Shown here: positions 25,249-37,246 of the stretch, one piece after another
Position numbering within the stretch: position 1 is the first letter of the stretch
Layout of the letters: each line of letters opens with the position of its first letter
NCBI RefSeq assembly: GCF_001194135.2
Contig: NC_068983.1
Span: 44,228,209-44,288,917, forward strand
Source of the DNA: Octopus bimaculoides
Taxonomy: Eukaryota
DNA length: 60,709 bases
Reading direction: 5' to 3'
Made by a program: the position numbers and the translations under genes
Notes under the pieces: generated by a model
What the model saw: the letters and a program-made list of their open reading frames with translations, nothing else
Databases searched by the model: none
Told to the model about the DNA's origin: nothing

Positions 25249-25834
25249 ATGCACAATACACACATAAGTAATAGATTAATAAGTTGTTTGTGGAGTAATT
25301 TTAGAAGTTAAATAAGTGTTATCAAATATCCATTTCTAATTAATATATAATAATAATATGAAAATAGTTAGGACTAAGATATTTATAGCATAAATAGTGA
25401 GATTTATACTTTACTCTGACTAGTTATTAGGTTACGACTAAAGCACACACACAGTAATCATCTATAGCCACTGTTTTCAAAGAAAATTTGATATTCCATG
25501 ACAAACCATTAAGTATCATTTAATTGATGGCTGAGAAAATTAAACTGTGTGTGTGTGATAGGCACAGGCATAGCTGTGTGGTGAGAAGTTTTCTTCCCAA
25601 CCACATGGTCCTGGGTTCAGTTCCACTGCATGGCACCTTGGGTAGGTGTCTTCTATTATAGCCTCAGGCCAACCAAAGCTTTGTGAATGGATTTGGTAGA
25701 CAGAAACTGAAAGAAGCCTGTTGTGTGTATGTGTCTATCCCCCACTTCCATTTTATAACTGGAGCTGGTGTGTTTATGTCCTTGTAAATTAGTGGTTCGG
25801 CAAAAGAGACCAATAGAATAAGAACCAGTCTTAA

Positions 25835-26070
25835 CCCTTTCGTTACCAACCCGGCTGAAACCAGCTCTGGCTCCGAGTACAAATGTTTTTTTTTCATAAA
25901 TTCTGAATTAAAATCTTGCACCAAACCTTAGCCACAATTTATGTTCCTACCACTAGCATAATGATAACTAAGTTATTTTATGAAATTCTTTGTTATATTT
26001 AAAATTAATTGATAGAAACGATGATGATGAAACAAAGAGCATCTCAACAGAAATGTGGTAACAAAAAGGG
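25835..26070. mobile_element. piggyBac-like MITE (family G)
   Basis: TTAA|CCCTTTCGTTACCA...TGGTAACAAAAAGGG|TTAA. Confidence 0.8.
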
Positions 26071-26101
26071 TTAAAATATGTAATAGAGAAACAATTCTTA
26101 A

Positions 26102-26487
26102 CCCTTTTGATACCAACTAGGCTGAAACCATCTCTGGTCTTTGTTTTCATAAGTTTTGAATTAAAATCTTCCACCAAACCTTAGTTATCATTAAGCTAGT
26201 GTTAGGAGTATAAATTGTGACTAAGTTATTTTACTAAATTCTTTATCATCATCATCATCAACATCATCATCATCGTTCAACGTCCGCTTTCCATGCTAGC
26301 ATGGGTTGGACGATTTGACTGAGGACTGGTGAAACCAGATGGCTACACCAGGCTCCAATCTGATTTGGCAGAGTTTCTACAGCTGGATGCCCTTCCTAAT
26401 GCCAACCACTCCGAGAGTGTAGTGGGTATTTAAAATTAATTGAAAGAAACACAGAGCATCTCAAAATAAATGCAGTAAAGAAAAGAG
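26102..26487. mobile_element. piggyBac-like MITE (family G) interrupted by an RTE-tail element (26245-26427)
   Basis: TTAA|CCCTTTTGATACCA...AAAAGAG|TTAA; the MITE sequence resumes after the insert. Confidence 0.75.
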
Positions 26488-26859
26488 TTAAGAAAAAAAA
26501 AAGGTACTGGGGTTGATTTATGCAATTAAAAATTCTTCAAGGTAATGCCCGCAGAAGTTGAACTCAGAATGTGAAGCTAAATAAAATTCTGCTATGCACT
26601 TTACCAAGTACACCAACAATTCTGTCAGATTGCTGCCTTCATAACGATAACAACAATGACTTCAAATTTTGGTGCAAAGTCAGCAAGTCTGGGAGAGGTA
26701 GGTAGATTACAATGACCCCAGTACTCAATACTTTTTGTATTGACCCCTGAAAGGATGAAATGCAAAAACTGATCTTAGCAGAATTTGAATTCAAAAACAT
26801 ATATGGACAAAATGCCACTAATAATTTTGGCTGGCATGCTAATGATTCTTATTTCTTTA

Positions 26860-27070
26860 TTGTCCAGAAGGGGCTAAACAAAGAGGGGTCAAACAAACGA
26901 ATTAAGTCGATTATGTCAACCCCAGTGCGTAACTGGTACCTAATTTATCAACCCCCAAAAGGATGAAAGGCAAAGTTGACCTCGGCAGAATTTGAACTCA
27001 GAACATAACAGCAAGTGAAATACCGCTAAGCATTTTGTCCGGCGTGCTAACATTTCTGCCAGCTAACCAC
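26860..27070 (-). mobile_element. SINE family A
   Basis: ttctttattgtcc...gggctaaaca...ggcgtgctaacatttctgccagct. Confidence 0.8.
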
Positions 27071-28084
27071 CTTAATATTGCAAGCACTGGTGCCACGTAA
27101 GAAGCACGCAGTGCAACACACTGTAAAGTAGTTGGCATTAGGAAGGACATCCAGCCATAGAAACCATGCCAAAACAGATAATGGAATTTGGTGTGGGTCC
27201 TGGCCTTGCCAGTCAGTTCCTGTCAAACCGTCCAACCCGTGCCAGCTTAGAAAACAGACATTAACCGATGATGAGGATGATGATAACGAAGACATTTTAA
27301 CAGACAGCATTAACAAATTCTGCCAACACAAGCACGTTTAAGCAACCAAAAGCTCGCACACACACACACTTTTTCTCTCTCTTGAAGTCGTAGCTTTGGG
27401 GCTTAAAACTTTTAATTGGTGGTGGGAGAGAAAGTCACATTTCTTCTTCTGTTTGACTCTTGACACCACCCTGTGTTTTCTTGGCATTCATTGTCTCCAG
27501 GCTATGAGGATTGACAGGTCAGGCTGACCCTCAGCTAGACAAAACAACAGCACTAACAATTCTGAGTCATTAGCCCTCAATGTCAACACTTTCAATAGAC
27601 TGAGTTCTATCCTACCTGTTGTATGTGAGTGGAGGAGGAAATATACTTGTGTCAATTACATGTTTAGTGAAAGAAAAAAAAGACAAAAAATTAAAGTCCT
27701 TATTTAATCCTTTTGACACCAACCTTCCTCAAAACTGACCCTGGTCTTATACTAGCTTCCTGTTTTGAAATGATCTTAAAAACCTTCCCTCAAAATTCCA
27801 TGCTAATTTATATTCTTAGCACCAGCTTAAAAATGACAAAATTATTTTACTAAATTCTTTGTTATTTTCAAAATTAATTCAAAGACAATACATTTCAAGA
27901 GAAATGTTATCATTGTTCTGTTATTGTCCTTGGTTTAAAGTCTTTGATTCTCTCTTCAGATTGCTACTGGCACCAACAGTTTTAGAAGCCATTTAAATAT
28001 TTGTCCTCTATCTGAGGTGTTTCTCAATTAGCTAAACAAGCATTTCTGTAACAATTGCCTCCACTACCACTAACATTAATTCTT

Positions 28085-28271
28085 TTACTTGTTTGTCATT
28101 TGACTGCAGCCATGCTGGAGCACCACCTTTAGTCGAACAAATCAACCCCAGGATTTATTCTTTGTAAGCCTCGTATTTATTCTATCAGTCTCTTGCCGAA
28201 CCACTAAGTTATGGGGGACGTAAACACACCAGCATCAGTTGTCAAGCGATGGTGGGGAGACAAACACAAAT

Positions 28272-28313
<42 letters not shown>

Positions 28314-28476
28314 TACACGATGGACTTCTTTCAGTTTCTGTCTTCCAAATCCACCACAAGGCTTTGGTCAGCCCAAGGCTATAAAAGACACTTGACCAAG
28401 GTGCCACTTAATGGTACTGAACCCAGAAGCATGTGGTTGGGAAGCAAACTTCTTGCCACACAGCCACTCCTGCGAC
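28085..28476 (-). mobile_element. SINE family B, full length
   Basis: Tail tcatttgactgcagccatgctggagcacc to head cacagccactcctgcg. Confidence 0.85.
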
Positions 28477-28593
28477 TATAAACATCATTGTTTTATTTCA
28501 TTTTAGGGTAAATATTTTTGTGAAAATCAGTATTTACTTCATTTTGCATAATCATCGAGAAATTTGATAAAAGTTAAATTATAATTAATGTGT

Positions 28594-28765
28594 AGGCACA
28601 GGCATACCTGTGTGGTGAGAAGTTCTCCTTCCCAACCACATGGTTCTGGGTTCAGTCCCGCTATGTGGCACCTTGGGCAAGTGTCTTCTGTAGCCTTGGA
28701 ACAATCACAGCCTAGTGAGTGGATTTGGTAGACAGAAACTGAAAGAAGCCCATCACACACATATC

Positions 28766-28850
<85 letters not shown>

Positions 28851-29056
28851 ATCTGTGTCCCCCCCCCCTGCTTAACAGATGCTGGTGTGTTTACCTTCCT
28901 GTAACTTATCAATTCGGCAAAAGAGCCTGATAAAATAAGTATCAGGATTTAAAAGAAAACAAGTCCTGGGGTTGATTCATTTGACTAAAAATTCTTGAAA
29001 TGCAGTGCTCCAGCATGGCCGCAGCCAAATGACTGAAGCAAGTAAAAGATAAAAGA
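28594..29056 (+). mobile_element. SINE family B, full length, long internal (GT)n
   Basis: Head ggcacaggcatacctgtgtggtgagaag; tail gactgaagcaagtaaaagataaaag. Confidence 0.85.
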
Positions 29057-29630
29057 TATGTATGGCGTATTTCCTGAGGTTACTCCTGGTGGCAAAAGCA
29101 GACTTCCAAATTTACTGGTCACCGTATATTAAGAAATGGCATTTTTAGCAGAAGTGAAACAGTGAAACCATTTGTAAAAGAAAGCCTTTAAATTGATGCT
29201 ATTTTCTGGAGTTTGTAGATAAGATGTGTTAAATTAATTCTGAAGGAAATAGTTGTTTGTGACAAGTTCAGAGATTTCTGCGAACAACAAGGGATGTTTT
29301 GTATGAAAGGTAGATGAATGTACATAACGGATGTATGGTGCTTTATGACAGATTTGGAATAAAAATGCAGATTCTAAGGAAGGAAATGATGTTTTGGAAT
29401 GACGGAGGCAAACAAAGATAAAAGCAAAACAGAGAGTGAGTCAAAATTAATTGAGATTTATAGAAAGATGGTGGCTATTTTAAGCATGGCTGTATGGTTA
29501 AGATGCTTGCTGCTCAACCATATGGCTCTGGGTTCAGTCCCACTGCATGGCATCTTGGGCAAGTGTCTTCTACAGCTCTGGGCTGACCAATATCTTCTGA
29601 GGGAATTTGATAGCCAAAAACTAAAGACCA

Positions 29631-29672
<42 letters not shown>

Positions 29673-29886
29673 TAAAAGAGTTCCAACTCTGTCTGTTTTT
29701 TATGTTTTATTTATATTCTTATAAAATTAATGTGGGCAATAGAATATGGAATACGTAGTATAAATAGTAAAATGAAATGAAGTATTGAATGTCTTATTGG
29801 AATATATGAAATATTGAGTATTAAATATATAAGGGCTTGTATACTTTCCTGCCTCATGGCATTCATCAATACATACACACACTTCG

Positions 29887-30130
29887 TTTTTGGATTTGGT
29901 TTGCAAGATTCTTTGTGTGAGTTCGTGTGTTGAAGCATATTATGTTATGTCTGAGGAGAGTCATTCTCTTTTAGTGGTTTATTTAACACACTCATCAGCT
30001 CAGTTTCCGCTTATTTACTAATTTATTTTTCCTAAAATTTTCGTTGCGTCTTGCAACCTTTTCAGTAGACAACAACTATTGAAAAGGTTGCAAGATGCAA
30101 TGAAAATTTTAGAAAAAAAAATGAAGTAAA
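29887..30130 (-). mobile_element. Element E2: hammerhead-capped short element with a partial inverted duplication
   Basis: 37-bp stem 30032-30068/30076-30112 (3 mismatches) with a 7-nt loop. Minus-strand tail ttcaacacacgaactcacacaaagaatcttgcaaaccaaatccaaa matches the E1 tail. Confidence 0.8.
30032..30112. ncRNA. Pair of inverted minimal hammerhead-like motifs with A at position 8 (HH3)
   Basis: Plus: CUA-UUGAAAA-G-GUUGC-AAGAU-GCAAU-GAAA-AUU-U-UAG. Minus: CUA-CUGAAAA-G-GUUGC-AAGAC-GCAAC-GAAA-AUU-U-UAG. Confidence 0.55.
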
Positions 30131-30607
30131 TGAATAGAAAATGAACCAGTGTGTGTGTGCGTGTGCGCGTGCGTGCGTGCGTTTGCAAGTGCGATTCCCT
30201 AATTCATTCATTCTTATGTCCATTTTTCCATGGACAAGACAAACGTATTATAAAAGCATTGTTTTACAACCAGATGCCCAACCTGTTGTTGGCCCTTTAC
30301 AAACAAGGGATCTCTTATTTCAGAGGTCTTTGAAGGCACAAAGCCAGTGGATGATTTGTTGACAGGGGAAACAATGTCATTGCTTGCAGTTGAGTCATTT
30401 TCAGACAAGTGTAAATGTCAACACACACACACACACAGACACACACACGCATGCAATGAGCTTCTTCAGGTTTCTATCAAAGAATTCCATTTGTAAACCT
30501 TTGGGTTAGCTCAGAGCTTTAATAAAAGACACTTGTCCAAGGTGCTGTGCTGAAGCCCCATGATGGCCAACTGAATTTCTTTAGCTCAAACATTTTTAAA
30601 ATGCTGT

Positions 30608-30975
30608 TATTACCTTCGCCTTAGCGAAGGCGGAGGTATTGTTTTTCAGTTGAGTTTGTTTGTTTGACTATGGACAAAATATCTCAAGAACTACTGGATG
30701 GATTTGGACGAAACTTTCAGGGATGTTTGGCCTCGTGACTGGCACAAACTGATTAGATTTTGGGATCAATCGGGTAATGGACAAGGATACTGGATTATTT
30801 TTCTAGTTTTTTTACTTAATTTTTGAGAGCGGTCGGGTTCATTTTTAGTATTCTCATTTGTGAGAGCAGTCGAGTTTATTTCAGATATTCTCATTTAAAA
30901 ATCATCTCTAGCTAATCATTGAGAGGACATTGGTGTTGCTTTGGTAGAGGTTTGCGTTCTCTGAGTGCTCTTGTT
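30608..30975 (+). mobile_element. Helentron-associated non-autonomous element (HINE/DINE-1-like)
   Basis: 5' ACCTTCGCC with adjacent inverted GGCGGAGGT, (gttt)n, 3' subTIR ggtagaggt, hairpin gcgttct/gagtgc and T-rich end. Confidence 0.6.
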
Positions 30976-31001
30976 TATATTGCATTGTTTTAGTCTTTAA
31001 G

Positions 31002-31238
31002 ATGATAGTCACAGAGTACCAAAAGCACAAGTTCCACAGGGTCAGACATGTTGCAAGGTTTACAGACAACAGGTAGGCTAGTTCAGTTGCTAAGTGATAT
31101 CTAAGAGATCAGAAAAGGCTACTTGGCAGGCCTCTACGATGATGGAAAGAAGATTTAGTCAACCAATTTGGATCAAGATGGAAAAGAATGGCACAATCAA
31201 GACAAAACTGGAAGCACATTGTGATCAGCAGTGTTTAA
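31002..31238 (+). mobile_element. RTE-clade LINE ORF2 C-terminus, second RTE type
   Basis: HVARFTDNR*ASSVAK*YLRDQKRLLGRPLR*WKEDLVNQFGSRWKRMAQSRQNW; stops fall at consensus Trp/Arg positions. Confidence 0.8.
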
Positions 31239-31369
31239 CCACATCTGATGGTTGGTTGATACTGTGTTTTATATAAACTTGACTGACTTTGCATCCCATC
31301 ATTAAAAATTATTTCATATCTCAAAATTTTTTAAATTCTTAAGAGGGAAGCTATATACATATCTGATCT

Positions 31370-31948
31370 TTTACTGGTTCCAGTCATTAGGCTGTGGCCA
31401 TGCTAGGGTACTACATTGAAGAATTTTTAGTCAAATGAATTGATTCCAGTACTTTTTTTCTTAAAGCCTGGTGCTAATTCTATCAGCCCCTTTTTGCTGA
31501 ACCACTAAAATACAGGGACATAAACAAATCAGGGTTGGCCATCAAGCAATGGTGGGGGACAAACACAGACACAAAGACATACATAATCATCATTGTCTAA
31601 CGTCAGTTTTCCATGCTGGCATGGGTTGGACTGAAGGCTGGCAAGCCAGCAGACTGCACCAGGCTCCAATCTGATATGGCAAAGTTTCTACAGCTGGATG
31701 CCCTTCCTAACGCCAACCACTCCGAGAGTGTAGTCAATGCTTTTTATGCGCCACCGGCACAGGCACCAGTCAGGTGAGCCTGGCATCGATCATATTCGGA
31801 CGATGTATTTTATGTGCCACTGAAACAGGAGCCAGTCGGGGCACTAGCCACAACTATGATTTTGGTTTTAATTGACTCAACAAGTCTTCTGAAGCATATC
31901 ATATTGCCCGATGCATCAAAGGTACTTTTAACTGGGCTGGATATGCAT

Positions 31949-31989
<41 letters not shown>

Positions 31990-32140
31990 GGGCTTCTTTC
32001 AGTTTCCATCTACCAAATCCACTAAGAAGGCTTTGGTCAACCTGAGGCTATAGAACACACTTACCCAAAGTGCCATGCAGTGGAACTGAACTGGAACCTA
32101 TGAGGTTGGGAAGAAACTTATCACACAGCCACACCTGTGC
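31370..32140 (-). mobile_element. SINE family B with an RTE 3'UTR/tail (31586-31945) inserted in its internal microsatellite
   Basis: Family B tail and head flank the insert; catacata on both sides. Confidence 0.75.
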
Positions 32141-32406
32141 ATACACACACATATGCATTCTACACTGATATAGCTTGCATGGGTCTATATTACAACACAG
32201 TGATATCTCCAAAAGCTACAGGGGATCATAAAGCTAGCATTAAGTAGATAAGGGATTAATCTCACCCTAGTTATGATACTATTTCATATCAGGTAACTAC
32301 CACATTCATACCATTTAAAATCTATTCACCATAACTCATGAAGAAAATACTGGAAAAACTAAAGAAATATAGCAGCAACAACAACAACAGCAACAACTAT
32401 ATTTGC

Positions 32407-33150
32407 TGGAATGACTTGTAGAATATGGCACTGCTTATAATAAGCTTTTATCCTCAGATCTATCTCTGATCTCCTGCCTACAAATATGAACCTGATGAAG
32501 TGAGATAAATCAGATAATCCCGAGTGCCCACTCTGCTGGGGCAGGCAGACAATGGAACATGTTCTGAGCTCCTGCAGAGTGACACTAGCCCAAGGAAAAT
32601 ACATGTGGAGGCACAATCAAGTGCTGAGAGAGATCATACACATAAGTATAGCAAGAGTAAAACCAAGATTTCCAACAACATTCTACATGACAGGAAACAG
32701 AAAAATCATGGCCAGGAACAGCTATGTCTTACTGGGTATGAGAATGGAGTCTTCTGAGTGGTGTGGATGACTGGAGATGCTCAGCAGACCTTTCAGAATC
32801 AACAAAACCACCAGAAATCATCAGGAAGGGTAGTTTGAGGCCAGATATTGTATTCCATTCCAGTTCATTAAAGCAACAGATTTTGATTGAACTCACAATG
32901 CTGTTTGAAAATACAGTAGAAGCACATGTGTTCAAAGACGAAAAAATGTCAGACTGGTCAACAGACTGAGGGAACTTCTCAGTCAAAGTTCTTGCCATAG
33001 AGGCTGGAGACAGAGGTTTTGTGGGGAAAATCTGTTTATGATCTAATGAAACAACTCTCAGCCTCTAGTAAGAATAGGATCTAACACAATATCAGAGACA
33101 ACAGAGAGATGCTCCAGCTGAATCTGGTTGAGGAGGAATGAGAATAGCCT
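32407..33150 (+). mobile_element. Hero/NeSL-like non-LTR retrotransposon 3' fragment (CCHC knuckle and restriction-like endonuclease)
   Basis: WNDL..SFILRSISDLLPT..ECPLCWGRQTMEHVLSSC..QGKYMWRHNQVL...DWRCSADL..LRPDIVFHS..ILIELTMLFE..IEAGDRGFVG..IWLRR. Confidence 0.85.
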
Positions 33151-34157
33151 ACAAACTGTGTGAAGGCAATTTTTATATTTTAATAAGTAACTCGGAGTCG
33201 TTGTGAGAGCATCGGCATTTTACCGAAAGCCGAAACAGCAGAGAGGGGTTTCAACTAGATGAGATCTCCAAGCGGTTTAAATGCACAAGTCTCTGAAATC
33301 CAAGTTGCTAAAAAATATCAGCAAAACAGCATCCAAGAGTCATGACCTGAATGTGGCCTGGACCCCTCAGAGTCTAAGAAGTTAAGAAACTAAAAACTTG
33401 CCTGAGTAGGGGTTTCCTCTCTGAAAGCTTCTGCCATTCTGCTCTCTTGAGAGTTTAACACTGCTACAAGTTTGAATTCCTAAGTCATAAGTTAGTAGGC
33501 CAATACCTAATCCACTTGGCTATTAGACTTGCATGTAAATACAACATATGTACTAAATATGGAAAACAGATGGTAATTAATAAAGAAAGCAAATATACAG
33601 TTTATACGTAAAGTGAAAATATTGTTTTGTTCAATATTTTTTATTCTGTGAGTGGTGCCATCATAGGTTACCTGATCACAATTCTTTCACCAGTAAAATT
33701 ATATTCTTTTAATTGGAACCATTTAAGTGCCTGGATTAAATATAAGAGTTTTATTTCTTACAATGAAACCATGGCAATTAATTATATGTCATAAAATTTT
33801 TTTTTAGCTCTGACTCACTTGAACATCATTCACTTTTCCATGCTTGCATGGGTTGGATAGAATTTGCTGAGGTAGATTTTCTACGGGTAGATGCCCTTCT
33901 TACCATCAATCTTTAGTTATTAAAAAAAAAAGAAAAAAAGTCATATTTCTCCATGGCCAGACATGTTTTCATGAGAAACTGGAAATGAACAACACTTGTA
34001 TAACAGTGATGCTGGTTTACAACCACCAGGTAATGTCAAGGTAAGGCCACACACACCTGTTGTTCAAGGATCAGTTTACACAGCCACCTGAAAGCTTACC
34101 ACTCTTCATGATGTTCAGACATGAGGAAATGCCATCATATATTTTATATATCTATAT

Positions 34158-34720
34158 CATCATCATCATCATCATCATCATCATCGTTTAACGTCCGCTT
34201 TCCATGCTAGCATGGGTTGGACGATTTGACTGAGGACTGGTGAAACCAGATGGCAACACCAGGCTCCAGTCTAATTTGGCAGAGTTTCTACAGCTGGATG
34301 CCCTTCCTAACACCAACCACTCAGAGAGTGTAGTGGGTGCTTTTACGTGTCACCCGCACGAAAACGGCCACGCTCGTAATGGTGTCTTTTATGTGCCACC
34401 CGCACAAGCCAGTCCAGGGGCACTGGCAACGATCTCGCTCGAAAATCCTACGGGAGCCAGTCAGGCGGTACTGGCAACGGCCACGCTCAAAATGGTGCAT
34501 CTCATGTGCCACCCGCACAAGAACCAGTCCAGGGGCACTGGCAACGATCTTACTTGGCTTGCCGGGTCTTCTCACGCACAGCACATTTCCAAAGGTCTCG
34601 GTCAGTAGTCATCGCCTCGGTGAGGCCCAATGTACGAAGTTCTTGCCTCACCACCTCAGCCCAGGTCTTCCTGGGCCTACCTCTTCCACGGGTTCCCTCA
34701 ACTGTCAGGGTGTGGCACTT
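34158..34720 (-). mobile_element. 5'-truncated RTE LINE, young: ORF2 end, modular UTR and (GAT)n tail
   Basis: CHTLTVEGTRGRGRPRKTWAEVVRQELRTLGLTEAMTTDRDLWKCAVREKTRQAK*; same tail as family C. Confidence 0.9.
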
Positions 34721-36309
34721 ATATATATACATATATTGACGTTACACACACAACGTACACAATGGGATCCTTTTAGTTACTGTCTACTAAATCCACCCAA
34801 GGCTATGCTAGGCCTGGAACAATAAGATAATTACCCAGGATACCACACAGTAGGATTGACCTGAAGACCACATGGTTGGGAAGCAAGCTTTTCAATTACA
34901 CGGCAACCATACCTTTATGCTTGCGCACACACACGCACACACCGGCTTCATATAGTTTCCATCTAACAAATCTACCCACAGTTAGGGCTGACAGAAACCA
35001 CTTGTCAAAGGTACCCCACAATTGGACTGACCCTGAAACTACAGGATTTTAAAATGAACTTAACCACAGAGCCTCACCAACACCTGACTTATCTATCACT
35101 GCTTGAACTAGGTTGCTGATGCTGCTGCCACCAGGAAAGAAGTGAACCAAATTTTTACATTAATTTTATTTCTTTCAGTCATTAGACTGCAGCCATGCAG
35201 GAATTTTAGTCAAACAAATCAACCCCAGTACTTGTTTGTTTGTTTTTAAGCCCGACACTTATTCTATCCGTCAATTTTACTGAACTGTCAAGGTCCACAT
35301 CAACACCAGTTGTCAAAGAGTGGAGAGGATGGGTCAGACACAAAGCCACATACACACACACACACTCATGCAACAGGATTCCTTTACTTTCCATTTAACA
35401 GATCCACTCACAAGGCTTTGGTCAGGCCAGAGACTATGGCAGGAGACACTTGCCCAAGGTGCCATGCAGTGGGAATGAACCCAGAACCATGTGGTTGGGA
35501 AGCCGGCTTATCACACAGCCATGCCTGCACCTATTATTAATGGTCATAATTTTTGATAAAACATAATCTAGCATTTCCTTCTGTTTGTGCAATAATTCCT
35601 GCAGAGAAGCTTTTGCAGAAAGCCTTAAGTTTAGATAAACACGGATGGAACTACAGCTGACTCATACCAACAAATCTTTATATATCAATTTTAGCTGATG
35701 GATATTTTTAATTAATCTGTGCTACTGCCAGAGAAATTAGAGAACTAGTTGTTCCTACTTCACTGCTATGGTAATGTAGATGGGTTACTTTATAAAGACT
35801 TTGTTGAAATAGGCTAAGTTACAAAACATTGCAGAGATTCCAGCTTCTTTAGTAAAGTACAGCAAAATGACTAAATTAGAAGTTAATGAATAGTTCAGCT
35901 TGGGTGAGCTTTAATTCATTCACATCAAATTCTTTTAAATCAAATAAGTGGAGGGATTAGAAAAAAATGTTAAAAAATGGTATATTGTTTTATTTGGTGT
36001 CTAAAAGAATAACTGACAAAACCAAAAAGAAAAAAAACAAAACAAAATATATCATCAGCATTTTAATGTAAACTTTTCCATGCTAGCATGGATTAGATGA
36101 GAGTAAATTGGAGCAGAGATTTCTAGACCTAGACACCCCTCTTGGCACCAATCCTTGTCAAAACAACACTTTGGCAAAGTGTTTTCACATCATTTAACGT
36201 CTGTTTTCCAGACAGGAATGGGTTGGATGGTTCGACAGGAACTGGCAAGGGCAGGAGCTACATCAGCTTCCATAGTCTGGTTTGGTATGGGTTCCACAGA
36301 ATATACATG

Positions 36310-36715
36310 CTTTTATTCTTTTGTTTCAATCACTTGACTGAGGCCATGCTGGAGCACCGCCTTTAGTCAAACAAATCGACCCCCCCCCCACTAGGACTTC
36401 TTTTGTAAGCCTAGTACTTAGTCTATCGGTCTCTTTTGCTGAACCGCTAGGCTATGGAGACATAAACACACCAACATCAGTTGTCAAGCAATGGTGGGAG
36501 GGACAAACACAGACTGACAATTACATACACACATACATATATATATATATACGACAGGCTTCTTTCAGTTTCTGTCTACCAAATCCACATTCAAGGCTTT
36601 GGTCAGCCTGAGGATATAGTAGAAGACACTTGCCCAAGGTGCCATGCAGTGAAACTGAACCCAGAACCATGTGGTTGGTAAGCAAGCCACTTACCACACA
36701 GCCACTCTTGCATAC
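36310..36715 (-). mobile_element. SINE family B
   Basis: Tail gccatgctggagcaccgcctttagtc, internal (AT)n, head cacagccact. Confidence 0.85.
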
Positions 36716-37082
36716 ATACACATGTACTAATCTAGTCTAGGGGTGGTCAGTGCTTAAGCAGGTCCAGTACACTCTCTCTCTATGACCTGGGAGGGCCCAT
36801 ACCCTCCCCAACTGTTGTTAAATAGATTACTGGAACTTCAGCTTCCATGACTAAACTTGGAATGAATACTGGTGAAGTTACTTTCTCCAGGCAGGTGGGA
36901 TTTGAACTCAGCATATGAAGAGCTGGAAGATATACTGTAAAGCATCTCTGCTGACATGCCAACGATTCTGCCCCTCTCCCGACCTCAGAGCAACATGAAG
37001 TGTTTTGCTCAAGAACACAATGTGCTGTCGAGTCCAGAAATCAAAACCATAATTTACCAATCCAGAGTTTAACACCTTAATC

Positions 37083-37246
37083 CAGGGATTGCTAAACTTT
37101 TTAGACCATCGGTCCCTTCATAGAATCCTGACCCCTCATCAACCCCCAGGTATGTACAAGAAAATTAAGTAGATGTGCATTTATCGGCCCCTTGAATAAT
37201 CCCATCGATCCCCATGGATTGATACCAACCACCTAGGAGACCCCTG
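37083..37246. mobile_element. hAT/Charlie-like MITE
   Basis: CAGGGATTGCTAAAC...GGAGACCCCTG; flanks ccttaatc/cctttact partly match. Confidence 0.5.

Noticed and set aside
33190-33245. GGC...GCCGAAAC hairpin after the Hero fragment as a hammerhead
   Set aside because: No CUGANGA or UUGANAA immediately before the stem.
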